A model generated the notes under the pieces. It was not told the origin of the DNA and ran no database searches. It was given only the letters and a program-made list of their open reading frames with translations. A DNA stretch of 64,000 nt, taken from positions 54,870,001 through 54,934,000 of the forward strand of contig JBNRSN020000024.1 in NCBI GenBank assembly GCA_051313645.2, in the 5' to 3' direction. Below are positions 10,904 through 22,656 of the stretch, piece by piece. This DNA is from Centroscyllium fabricii (taxonomy: Eukaryota). Positions within the stretch are counted from its first letter, which is position 1. Each line of letters starts with the position of its first letter. Both the position numbers and the translations under genes were made by a program.

Positions 10904-11803
10904 GGGCCCTGTTTTCCTGTGGCCCGATTGCTGCGGGTGCGCGCTCACGTGCACCCGCGGCGCACGTGCACATAATTTTATTTTTTTTTCTGACGGCAAT
11001 TTCCTCTGGAAAATGCCGGGGTTTTTTCCAGCGTAGGGGTCTGGTTTTTCTTGGTGCGTGGTGCAAGCCACGCCCACTGAGGTCAGCTTTCCCACCGCAC
11101 AAAGCACAGAATCGGCCTCAGGACAAAGAATATCGGGTAGGAAGCACCTTTTTTTTGTTTTTTTAAAGTTTCTAGGATGCTGGTTTTTTTAAGTTTCTGC
11201 CTTTTCTGCTGTTAGGGGTTTTTTTTGCTGGAAGTGAAAAAAACACGTTTAACGGTAAGTTTTTTTTTGATTCCTTTGCAGATATTTGTCTGTGGTCTTT
11301 CAGCTTTTGAATGGTAGGGTTTTTTTATTTTTTGGTGAAAGTGAAAAAAAAACGGGTTTTTAACGCGAATTAAGCAGCTGTGATGGCCATCCGAGCTGCT
11401 GACATCGCGTTCAAAACCTGTTTTTTTTTCACTTTCACCAAAAAATAAACAAACCCTACCATTTAAAAGCTGAAAGACCACAGACAAATATCTGCAAAGG
11501 AATCAAAAAAAACTTACCTTTAAACGTGTTTTTTTCACTTCTCAAAGCTGCCTGCAGCCTCTAAGACTGCTTTTTAAATGTGCAGCTGAAGAGAGACTTG
11601 CCCACGTGATACACACGCATTTTGAGCAGCTGCCACAGGAAATTGGCAGCTCAAAGTCTTCCTGGGTAGGAAGCTGAAGCCCCTTGCCCATCAGCACAGG
11701 AAATTCACGTTTCTGGTAATCACCCGAGCTGCACCCCCAGGAGGCATTTCTGACCCCCCTTCGTGGGGGTGCAGCTCTTCTGGAGCACAGGAAAACAGGG
11801 CCC
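10904..11803. mobile_element. Non-autonomous TIR element with a large internal palindrome
   Basis: TIR GGGCCCTGTTTTCCTGTG / CACAGGAAAACAGGGCCC. Inverted arms at about 11231-11358 and 11418-11541. Confidence 0.75.
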
Positions 11804-12486
11804 AATACATGCAATTTTGGAATCCTACCTTTAAAAGGAGAGTGTTGGATTTAAGAGAGTTCATGAGAAGAGTAGGACGACACTGGGACCCAACGCTATG
11901 AATAACGAAAAGTGCTCCAAATGAAGCATCCTTTTATGGGAGAAAAGGAGATTGGAAGAGATTTTAGCTCTTTAACCTGTTGAAAGATGTTATTTAACTT
12001 CAATTGTGATCACAGAAATATAGTGCATGAGCAAAATTAACAAGTCTCAAGTGGGACTAGAGATTAAAAGATTTATTTTCCCACGCAATAGTAGATGTGT
12101 GGACTTAACTCTTGCAAAAGCATTTAATGGTATGTTAATGAATTCCCTGAACTGAGATGAACTGAATAATGAATAGAGGAATTAGGCGGATGGCTGGTTA
12201 AGAATGGGATTGAAATTTATAACAATCATTTGTAGACAGATAATAAAATATTTAGAACCTTTGGAGGTTAAGAAAAAATTATTCCTCATAGAGATTAAAT
12301 AATTTGTCTGTCATGAGGTGTATGCTTAATTTGAAGAAACAAACTCTCTGGTCTCTTTTCACATTCTTTCCACATAGCAGGAATGTGTGAAAAAGGGGAA
12401 TGGGAATAATTGGATAGCTGTTTCAAAGAACTGGCGCAGGCACGATGTGCCAAATGGCCCCTGTCTGTGCTGTAAGATTCTATAAT

Positions 12487-12606
12487 GTGGAGGTGCCGGT
12501 GTTGGACTGGGGTGGACAAATGCAAGAAGTCACACAACACCAGATTATAGTCCAACGGTTTTATTTTAAATCACAAGCTTTCGGAGCGCTGCTCCTTCCT
12601 CAGGTG
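12487..12606 (-). mobile_element. Penelope-like short repeat ending in a hammerhead motif (other pieces at 32665-32744, 32946-32990, 60968-61130, 61672-61702)
   Basis: Recurrent TGTTGGACTATAACCTGGTGTTGTGTGAC block adjacent to a CUGANGA...GAAA core. Confidence 0.6.
12572..12606 (-). ncRNA. Minimal type I hammerhead ribozyme-like motif
   Basis: Minus strand reads CAC CUGAGGA A GGAGC-AGC-GCUCC GAAA GCUU GUG: core boxes, 5-bp stem II, palindromic AAGCUU, CAC/GUG stem I. Confidence 0.65.
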
Positions 12607-12623
12607 GACAGACAGAAGACTGT

Positions 12624-14348
12624 GGCCGCGGTTTTGCCGTGGTTTTGCCGGCGCTCAGAGAGGCGGGTTAGAGGTTAAAGTTCTGGTGATGGACAGCGGG
12701 ACCCAAACCCGCCTCCAAACAGCCTGCCCAAGTGTTGGGTCCCCGATTTGCGAATGGACCCGACACCTAGCGGCAGAAAACAGATTAAAGGCAATTACCT
12801 GCCTATTAACAGGTACTCGTCAGTAGTGTTCAGCCTGTTTTTCAATTTTTCCGCTGCTGGGTTGGGGTTCACGATGTCTGGACACTACGCCAGGTAAGTG
12901 TGGCATGTTGTGAGTCTGGTGTAATGTTTGTGAAAAGATGACAGCTGCAGAAGTGGTGTGAATGATGCAATGTTGCACATGGTGAGCTACAGAGCAAAGA
13001 AAATGTTGGTTACTGCATTTTTAAAACATATACATAGAAACATAGAAACATAGAAAATAGGAGCAGGAGTAGGCCATTCGGCCCTTCGAGCCTGCTCCGC
13101 CATTCAATGAGATCATGGCTGATCATCCAAACCCAGTACCCCGTACCTGCCTTCTCTCCATATCCCTCGATCCCTATCGAGCCTGCACCGACACATATCC
13201 CACCCTATCCCCGTAACTCCACATATTCAATCCCCCTAACACTAAGGGTCAATTTATCATGGCCAATCAACCTAACGCGCACATCTTTGGACAGTGGACA
13301 GAGCATAATAGTGGACAGAGGTGGTCGAGCAGCTGAATGTGCATCTCGACAAGTACCTGGCAGCAGTGCCGAAAAAATTCAATGATTTGACTGGAGTTGC
13401 TAAGGTAAATCAATTCTCACTTCTCTTACTCTCTGCTTAGCCCGATCCGACCTGTAGCTCCAGCATTCTCAAACCTTCCCTCCCCCACTTTCCATCCCTA
13501 CTTTCCAATCACAGCAGCCCACTTCACTGCACCGCGCTGTGCTGCACACTCTGCACCTACTCCTGTCCTCATCATTACCACCTCACCTCCCCTACACTGT
13601 GGCTACGGTGTGTATCATCTACAAGATGCACTGCAGCAACTCGCCAAGGCTTCTTCGACAGCACCTCAATTTATCATGGCCAATCAACCTAACCCGCACA
13701 TCTTTGGACTGTGGGAGGAAACCGGAGCACCCGGAAGAAACCCACGCAGACACGGGGAGAATGTGCAAACTCCACACAGATAGTCACCCAAGGCTGGATT
13801 TGAACTCGGGTCTCTCGTACTGTAAGGCAACAGTGCTAACCACTATGCCACCATGCCGCCCATTGCAAACTCCACACAGATAATACAGATTTCTTTAGCT
13901 TACAAGTTTTTAAATCCAACTATATGTTCAGTGTTACCTCATTGGAAGACCCTCTCTCAGCAGTGACAGATCGCTTCTATCATCTCATTTACAGCTGCCA
14001 TCTATTCCAGCATATGGAGGGAGTCATTGGAGAGTCTGGGTGCAAGAGTTCACCTTTGTGCAGTGATTGTCTATGTTTTCAGCACCTCAATGCTGTTAAA
14101 CACTGAGAGATCAACTGCCAAATAAAATTGCGCATGGTCCCTTTCAGGAAACCGGCAGATGATGCATCATCAAATGAAGTCATCAGTCCTGCTTCCTGTT
14201 AATTGGCTGTTAAGCCCACAGGGCGGGCTCAACAAGGTCAATCAAGGGAAAATCATGTCTGTGCAGCGGAGGCAGCTGGGGGCGGGACCGGAACCCGGAA
14301 ACCAGCTGACCCACCCCCCATCCCGACACCAAACACAAAATCACAGCC
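12624..14348. mobile_element. PIF/Harbinger deletion derivative related to 25708-30684
   Basis: TIR GGCCGCGGTTTTG / CAAAATCACAGCC. Internal blocks match 26035, 26830 and 30341-30600. Confidence 0.65.
13035..13861 (-). mobile_element. V-SINE (pieces 13035-13291 and 13667-13861) with intervening filler
   Basis: Same V-domain, head and CR1 tail as 808-6733. Confidence 0.85.
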
Positions 14349-14596
14349 TTTGATACTGAATTTTCTTATGCCCCTGTTTATAATTCTACTAGCAGCTTCC
14401 CACCTCCATCTTTCAGCGATGACAAAACAACCGAGAGGAGGTATATTTTGTGGGTCTATATAGGTGTGCTAACCATCTCAAGGAAGCCCCTTTAGAGCCT
14501 GGTATTTGAGATGTGTATTTATAGGCTTATTTGTGTAGACCTGAACTTGATAATACAACAGCAAGAAAGAAAGACGAAAGAACCTGCATTTAAATA

Positions 14597-14941
14597 CAGG
14601 AAACTCTTTGATATTCGGCACCGACAGGACCGGCGTGTTGCCGGTTTATCAAAATTTCCGGATAATGGAAAGGGTTCTCTACTGAGGCTTTTTTTGACAA
14701 AGAAAAAGAAAAAAATCAAGAAATGTGCAGTATACAGTAATTGGGTACCCACCTACAGAATGTTGTGTTAAATGGATGTGGATTGTGGCAGTTTAGAGAA
14801 CTATCCCCGCTGATTAACTCCCCACAGGAGACTCGGACTTGGCAACATTGCCGGTTTTTGAGGTGTTGTTTTCAGTTGAGAATTTTGCCGGTTAATAGAG
14901 AATTCTGGATATTTAGGTGCCTGTTAAACAAGAGTTTCCTG
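14597..14941. mobile_element. Tc1/pogo (Tigger-like) MITE
   Basis: TA|CAGGAAACTCT...AGAGTTTCCTG|TA. Confidence 0.75.
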
Positions 14942-14949
14942 TAGCACCT

Positions 14950-15230
14950 TTTTATGAGCTCAGGATGTCCCAAAACATTTTACAGCCAATTAGGTATTTT
15001 TTAGTCACTGCTGCGATGTAGGGCAATACAGCAGCCAATTTGCACAGTAAGGTCCCACAAACAGCAGAGATAAATGAGCAAATTATCTGTTTCACAAGAG
15101 TTGTTTGGGGGATAGATCTTGGCCAGGACATCAGGAGAACTGCCCTGCTGTTCTTCAAATAGCCATGGGATCTTTTACATCTACCCATGAGGGCAGATGG
15201 AGCTTTGCACTTCCAGCGATGTTACAGTGG
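14950..15230 (-). mobile_element. DeuSINE (SacSINE1-like) fragment
   Basis: Homologous to 37561-38270. Confidence 0.7.
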
Positions 15231-15675
15231 AGTAACTGCCTGGGTGCCAAACGCTGTCTTGTGGCCTTTATTTCTGCCACTGGAGCGTGTGAGAATCTTG
15301 GGGCCTTGCTCAATGCAGACTCCAGCGACTGCTGCTGCCCTTTCTACCATTGTCTTTCAATGTTCAAGTGCAGCTCAGCTCATTCTGTTTCTCTCTCTCT
15401 CTCTCACACACACTTTTGAGTGATCTGCTGGGCTTCTGGCCATTTCAGATGCAGCAGCCCTTTAACCACTGCAGCCTGCCCCGATTTCCCTCCCTCTCTG
15501 TGGCAGAGATCCAATCAGGATTGGGATTCTCACTGTCACCTCACCCTGCATATTAAATGAGGCCTGCTCCCCCTCAAGGAATATGTGCTCAGGTGCAGGC
15601 AGGTTCACAAGGATCAGCGGAATATCTCACTCCACCAATTTACCGGTGACATCAGGAAAATCCAGGCCTTTAAAC

Positions 15676-16190
15676 ATAGAAACATAGAAACATAGAAGAT
15701 AGGAGCAGGAGTAGGCCATTCGGCCCTTCGAGCCTGCTCCGCCATTCAATGAGATCATGGCTGATCATCCAAACCCAATACCCCGTCCCTGCCCTCTCGC
15801 CATATCCCTCGAGCCTGCACCGACACATATCCCACCCTATTCCCGTAACCCCACATCATGGCTGATCATCCAAACTCAGTACCCCATACCTGCCTTCTCC
15901 CTATATCCCTTGATACCTTTAGCTCTAAGAAATATATCTAACTCCTTCTTGAATATATTTAATGACTTGGCCTCAACTACATTCTGTGGTAGAGAATTCC
16001 ACAGGTTCACCACTCTCTGGGTGAAGAAATTCTTCCTCATCTCTGTCCTAAATGGCTTACCCCTTAGCCTTAGACTGTGGCCCCTGGTACTGGACTCTCC
16101 GACCATCGGGAACATTCTTCTTGCATCTAGTTTGTCCAGACCTGTCAGAATTTTCTAAGTTTCGATGAGATCCCCTCTCATTCTTCTAAC
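15676..16190 (-). mobile_element. CR1 3' end joined to a V-SINE 3' segment
   Basis: MFPMVGESSTRGHSLRLRGKPFRTEMRKNFFTQRVVNLWNSLP plus (TTCTATGT)n tail. Confidence 0.85.
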
Positions 16191-16220
16191 GTGCAAAGAC
16201 ATTTTTAAGCCATAGTGACA

Positions 16221-16393
16221 TTGAAATCGCACTGTGCAATATTAGTAATGGCCATGTTAACATAGTTGCAATAACTTTCTTTGCCCACTATTTTAACTCA
16301 TTTATTATAAATAAGTTAATGTTTTGTTAAAATGGCAGGCAGATAAAAACATGTTAACATGCTCATTGCTAAGATTGCACAGTGCGATTTCAA
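16221..16393. repeat. Palindromic (foldback) MITE-like element
   Basis: Perfect 20-bp outer inverted repeat TTGAAATCGCACTGTGCAAT, continuing imperfectly inward. Confidence 0.7.
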
Positions 16394-17124
16394 CTACATT
16401 ACTTTGTAATTGATTCCAGCAAACCTCGTGGGTAATTTGTGAGATCAGAGTGTTGGTATTACAAAACATTTCCTAGTAATTATAATTTTGAAGGAGAAAG
16501 CTGAATCATGACAGTCTTTGGTAATTATTGGTTTCATACTCCTAACCGTTTACTGATGTCTTGGGGCAATACACGCAATTGTCTCTGAGGCATTGGCAAT
16601 CAAACTGTCATGTGAAGGGACAATCTGATCAGGTAGAGGCAGAGATACTCGTGTTAACATGATAGTCTACTTAGCAGAATGCACAATTGCATGAAGAGCA
16701 AGGTATTGAGATCCATGTGGTGTAATGTGTGGCAAGTCGTTTTTGGCTCAAATTATTTTTCTGGCAGTAAATGTCCCACTCATTTTATGATTGAGATTTA
16801 GCTGACAGCAACACTGATTACCAGATAAAGCCATTTTCCTGTCGCCGTTAATGTCTTACATAAGAACATAAGCATAGAAGTAAAATCTTATCGCCAGAAG
16901 GGGTAGGATAGGATAATTAGGGATAAAACAGGAGAATTACTTTAGACAATTTAACATCCAATTAAGTAGCTTATTATTTTGGGCTAGATGGTTTTCTGCA
17001 TTGCAGTCAATGGAGCTAATTAAGAAGGTTAAAAACGTGTTGCTTTATTGCACAAAACAACAAATATTCATGAATAAAGTTGAATCAACACACTGGAGTT
17101 GGTTTGAACCCCCACCCCCTGCCA

Positions 17125-18599
17125 GGGGGGAATGTTGCATGGGTAGGGTTAAGATCTGGAGAGTCCACTTACTGGCCTCAAAACACTCCGTTCATGCCCA
17201 GCGCCATTTTATCTTCGACGATTTTTCAAGACGGCCGAAGTTACCACTACAGGCAGACTGGGGTCTAATTGAAATGTAAAAGCCATAGGCTGATGACATC
17301 ATTGGCGATGCAAAGCTATTTATACTGAAACTCAGGGGAAGGCCCGCCCGGTGCCAAAACCCGCCACAGAAACCAGCAGAGTGGTCAGAAAAAGTCACGG
17401 TAAGTTTCTTTTACTCTTTGGGAGGAATTAATTGGCGCCAGGGGAAGCAAGAACGCTCCTCCGGGCCCCAGAAGGAATTCTTGGTCTTTCCATCCCCCTG
17501 TCTTTCCTTTCTGTCCTCTCAGCATATATCCAGAACCCACCCCACCCCGGCACTTGCCTTATGCTTTTACACCCTGCGCGACTTTCATTTTCATTGAAGT
17601 CAATTTCACCCGTTGCGGGGGGTGGCTCAGAGCCCCTGCCAATTGACTGATTCCAGTCAGAAAGCGGCGGCGCTGCAGCTGACAGCCGGAGGTTTGATTG
17701 ACAGGGCTAAGGACTGTGTGTTGTTAGTTTCTATGGAAACGGTGCATTGTGACATCACAATGGAGTGCAGCCAATCTCAAAGCCCAAGTGGGTTGAGTGA
17801 CAGGTCTATGAACTCGCTAGAAAGCTCTTGACGTATCGTCAATAATACAATAATACTAAAGACGAGTAGTTACCTTAACTATAGGCTTTTATTAGCTTTA
17901 CAAAGGAGCTACGCTCCGGTCGAACATCAGGTACAGAATGAACGGGGGCAGGTCAGACCCCACCTATAAGGCACTCACCTGAGGGGAGGAGTTAGAGGTG
18001 TGGCTGACCTGACCCTGCGACAGTGTCGTAATACAAAAACTATGTACAGTGCACCCAGCCGCTATACATGCTGGTTTATATTGTGCTTCACTTACAGTGG
18101 TAAATAACGGTTACCACAGCTCTCACAGTTAGGCACCATCTCTCTGTGAAGCATTTCCATTCATCTGTCAGGTAAGTGTGTGTAAGTTTTTTCCACAGCT
18201 GCTCTTCAACCAAGGGAGTCACTTACACCTCCAGGGTGTTGAGGGCCTAGAAAGCATTCTGCTACAGGTGCTTCAATGCCTTGAAGGTGAAAGTGACCAA
18301 GCTGAATGTAATCCCGCTAGGTTTCACTAGCAGGGTTTCAGGATGGGGGGTATGGGTGGGAAGGGCTCTAAAATCGCGAGTGGCTAAAAATGGGATTACC
18401 CATGGCAATTAAGGGCCCCTAATGAGCACAATGATCAACCCCGCCGGTGGCGGGCGGGAAAGATTCAGGCCAGCTAGACACGCCGGCCGAAAACTGCAAA
18501 GTGGTGGGGATCCGGCGTGAGGGGTCGGGACCCCCCCGGTTTCAAGATTTTAAGCCCCGCCAGAAACGCGCCCTCACGGCCTGAGGAAAGTCCCCCCCC
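17125..18599. mobile_element. Non-autonomous TIR element carrying a promoter-like cassette (relatives at 54310-54654 and 61351-62194)
   Basis: 17630-17815 matches the reverse complement of 54335-54527 and, more weakly, 61920-62045. Poly-G/poly-C termini; left boundary approximate. Confidence 0.5.
17829..18118 (-). mobile_element. Solo LTR of the element 1 family
   Basis: Reverse-complement similarity to 900-1199. TSD GCTCT (17824-17828 and 18119-18123). Confidence 0.93.
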
Positions 18600-19618
18600 A
18601 ATGGGTCCCTGAATGGAAAGTGTTCCATTTCCAAGCACATACCAACACCTGTTTCCTTGATGAGTACACAAAAGACCTTACAGAGGCAGAGCGGAGAATC
18701 AGTGTGGCTTGGATTCAAACCCAAGATTGAGAGGTTAACCAAGTGCAATACGAGCCAGAGACATTTAATATGGATCAATGTGGGCTATAATAATAAAAGT
18801 ATTAGCTGTCAATGTATCAAAAATTGGATGCAAGGCAATAATTGTGTTCCAATTGCCTTGTTCTATCGCACACCAGTTGTGAACCATTTTTTACATCTGC
18901 AGTTATCTTCGGGGAAATTACTTTTTTTTATGACAGTTGCTATTAGCAGCAAGTAAAACTATTGAGAACTAATGTGTTCAAATTACTGCATATTGGAAAA
19001 TTCAGATCAAGATTCTTCTGGGAATTTATTTTTGTTGATTTTCTTTTTAAAGATATCTGTGATGGTAAAACCTTTGGAAGAACTGGCTTTGAAGGGGTGC
19101 TGAGTCAGTTAGTCAGATCTTCCTCCAGCTCTGCTTGAGTGACAGATGGGATGGTGATCCTATCACATGCGTCACAGGTCCATTGGTAGCCTGTGAAATG
19201 CTTGAAAATATTCATTTGCAAGTCATCATCTTCTCTTCATGGAAAATTGTGCCTTTGGTAGGGTACGAGGAACACTACCCTGTATGAAAATAAAATATAT
19301 ATAGAATGATCTTGCCAAGAGGTTCATGTGCCATCATAAGTCACAAGACTGTAGTACATACTTAACTGTCATCTGATTCCTGCAATAAGATTATTTTCAT
19401 GGTACTGTNNNNNNNNNNNNNNNNNNNNNNNNNNNNNNNNNNNNNNNNNNNNNNNNNNNNNNNNNNNNNNNNNNNNNNNNNNNNNNNNNNNNNNNNNNNN
19501 NNNNNNNNNNNNNNNNNNNNNNNNNNNNNNNNNNNNNNNNNNNNNNNNNNNNNNNNNNNNNNNNNNNNNNNNATTCTATCTATCTATCGTATTCTATCTA
19601 TCTATCTATCTATCGTAT

Positions 19619-19660
<42 letters not shown>

Positions 19661-19876
19661 GTATTCTANNNNNNNNNNNNNNNNNNNNNNNNNNNNNNNN
19701 NNNNNNNNNNNNNNNNNNNNNNNNNNNNNNNNNNNNNNNNNNNNNNNNNNNNNNNNNNNNNNNNNNNNNNNNNNNNNNNNNNNNNNNNNNNNNNNNNNGC
19801 TATCTTATTCTATCTATTATTGCATCTATTACACATCTGCCACACCTTAGATATCACAAAGTGTCAAAAGAAAATA

Positions 19877-20368
19877 CAGGTTGTGCACCAAAAATCCGTG
19901 ACCCGAAACGGCGGCAGCTTCAGTCTGCCAGAACAAATTGCCCCGACTGCACTGCGCATGCGCAAGATGGCAGCCACGATCGCGGCTTCGGCGAATGACC
20001 TGCGCATGCGCCGCCCAATGGCGAGCGCATGCGCAGATCATTCAATACGGCTGCCGGGTGTTTTGAATGATCTGCGCATGCGTCGCCGGATGGCTAGCGC
20101 ATGCGCAGATCATTCAAAACGGCCGCGTTTTGAATGTGCGAGTCCCGAGTGCCCGCCAAGGTGAAGCGCGCGTTTCCTGGAGCAGCCTGCTGGCCGTCAG
20201 CTGAGACTCCACAAAGACGTTCGGTGGCCATTTCCAATGTTGTGCGCATGCGCGCGGCCATTTTGCATGGTGCGCGCATGCGCACTGACCGACTTCATTC
20301 TGCCGTTTTTTTCACTTTCTCGGCACGGACCTGGTCCCGCCCATGCCGGATTTCCGGTGTGCAACCTA
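19877..20368. mobile_element. Tc1/pogo (Tigger-like) MITE rich in TGCGCATGCGC
   Basis: TA|CAGGTTGTGCACC...GGTGTGCAACCTA|TA. Absent from the paralogous copy near 7035, which is the empty site. Confidence 0.85.
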
Positions 20369-20765
20369 TATAATAAAATAGAAAGCCAGTCATTTCCAGC
20401 TGTTTTTTGACCACATCTTCTGTTATTTCCCCCAAGAGCAAGAGGACGTACAAGCAACTGTCAATCTGCAGAAATTTCCCTCCGTAATTAGCCACAATTG
20501 GCCTTGGGACGTGTCTATTTAAACTAGTTTTCCACAAAAAATTATCTGCACCAGTTGCCCTGAAGGGACTGGCCAACTCCATCATAACCATTAAACATCA
20601 CGATGGCTGTGCTGTAAATCCAAGACTGCCCTGTAGCAAAGCTACTCCTTGATAATAATAGATATGCACCAGTATTATTTAACATTGATATGTTATTTAG
20701 CAGGTTGTTATTCAGTGATTACATTTGTGATGTCGGGATTTCTTGAATGTTGGGAAATTGTACTG

Positions 20766-21003
20766 TGTGGCGGCACACCAAGACTAACGAATCCGCCTTG
20801 AGAGCTGCGGGGCATAGCCCCACCCATCGGGTGACGTGATGACATCACCACATCCCTCGGCGTGATGAGGTCACTTAAGCGGGCCGTTTAAATAAGCCTG
20901 CTCCTCGTGTTTCAGTCTCTTCCTTCCTTACTGTAATGTAATAAACAAGTGTTTTTCTGTCTCTCTGGCTCCCGCGTGGTTCTTGGGTCCTGCAAGCGCT
21001 ACA
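20766..21003 (+). mobile_element. Solo LTR related to the CsRn1-like element at 55784-60360
   Basis: TGTGGCGG...GCTACA, 4-bp TSD ACTG, shared GAATCCGCCT and TTTAAATAAGCCTG blocks. Confidence 0.88.
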
Positions 21004-21120
21004 ACTGCTTATATATTATAATAACTGCGAACATGCCAATTGAGCAATGCTGCTTCTCCAATGATATTGTATTTTTTGCAATTGTTTGGTTATTTTTCCT
21101 CCCCACTATATTAACTGTTT

Positions 21121-22656
21121 GGCTGAAAAATTGGCGCTCTAACGCTGACTGATTAGCGCCCGAAAATGGACATTAGAGGTTTTAGCGCCGGGCGCTAAAA
21201 ATTTTGCTCTGCACCCAAAATTCGCCAAGTGATTAGCGCCAGTGCTAACTGCTAGCGTGTGCTACTTGGCACGCCTGAATCCTTGCTGATATCCTGGTGC
21301 AACGCCCGCCCCCAGGGCTACATCCAAAATTGACGAGCGGCCGCCTAACTAACGCCCAGCGCTGCCAACGCCAGCTTTCACAAACGCAGCTGAGGTGATG
21401 TGAGGCCGCTGGGGCGTTCTTTAAAGGGAGACTCTTCCTCCCTTTCGTGCGGCGGCCATTTTGTGGGAGATCGGCGACAGACAGAGGGATGTTAGGAGAG
21501 ATACAGAGGGAGACAGAGGGAGGCAGGTGAGGAGAGATACAGAGAGAGAGAGAGAGAGGGAGGTGAGGAGAGATACAGAGAGAGACAGAGGGAGGTGAGG
21601 GGAGATCAGAGACAGGGGGAGGTTTGGAGAGATACAGAGAGAGACAGAGGGAGGTGAGGAGAGATACAAAGAGAGAGAGAGAGAGAGAGGGAGGTGAGGA
21701 GAGATACAGAGAGAGACAGAGGGAGGTGAGGGGAGATACAGAGAGAGACAGAGGGAGGTGAGGGGAGATCAGAGACAGAGGGAGGTTTGGAGAGATACAG
21801 AGAGAGACAGAGGGAGGTGAGGAGAGATACAAAGAGAGAGAGACAGAGGGATGTTAGGAGAGATACAGAGTGAGACAGAGGGAGGTGAGGGGAGATCAGA
21901 GACAGAGGGAGGTTTGGAGAGATACAGAGAGAGACAGAGGGAGGCGAGGAGAGATACAAAGAGAGAGAGAGAGAGGGAGGTGAGGAGAGATACAGAGAGA
22001 GACAGAGGGAGGTGAGGGAAGATCAGAGACAGAGGGAGGTTTGGAGAGATACAGAGAGAGACAGAGGGATATGAGGAGAGATACAAAGAGAGAGAGAGAG
22101 AGGGAGGTGAGGAGAGATACAGAGAGAGACAGAGGGAGGTGAGGGGAGATCAGAGACAGAGGGAGGTTTGGAGAGATACAGAGAGAGACAGAGGGATATG
22201 AGGAGAGATACAAAGAGAGAGAGAGAGAGGCAAGTGAGGAGAGATACAGAGAGAGGCAGAGGGAGGTGAGGAGAGATACAGATAGAGACAGAGGGAGGTT
22301 TGGAGAGAGACAGAGAGAGGCAAGTGAGGAGAGATACAAAGAGAGAGAGAGGGAGGTGAGGAGAGATGCAGAGAGAGGCGGAGGGAGGTGAGGAGACATC
22401 ATATACTGTTTCCCCTCCCCCTTTAAGAGCTGACGGGCGGCAGCATTGCTGGGATGGCCAGGAGTGGCAGATGGAGCGCTGCGCCCACGCTCGCCACTTA
22501 GCGCCTGAATATTGGCCGTTTGCACCCGTGCAACGCTTGATTTAGCACTGCAATCAGCAAGGCCGGCGCTAAAGCGAATATCGGGGGCTCTGGCGCTAAT
22601 TTGCACGCGGTGATAAGGTTAGCGCCCCAAAGCGTGCACTGACTAATTTTTCAGCC
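21121..22656. mobile_element. Non-autonomous TIR element with an internal GA-rich minisatellite (21480-22395)
   Basis: TIR GGCTGAAAAATT / AATTTTTCAGCC. Confidence 0.75.

Noticed and set aside
787-20682. Giant TIR transposon (piggyBac or Polinton) bounded by the inverted repeats with TTAA ends
   Set aside because: No CCC or AG termini, no transposase or polymerase inside, and the left arm truncates unrelated MITEs on both sides; fits an inverted duplication better.
21245-22606. Several Ser/Leu/Pro-rich ORFs
   Set aside because: Translations of a GA-rich minisatellite inside a MITE.
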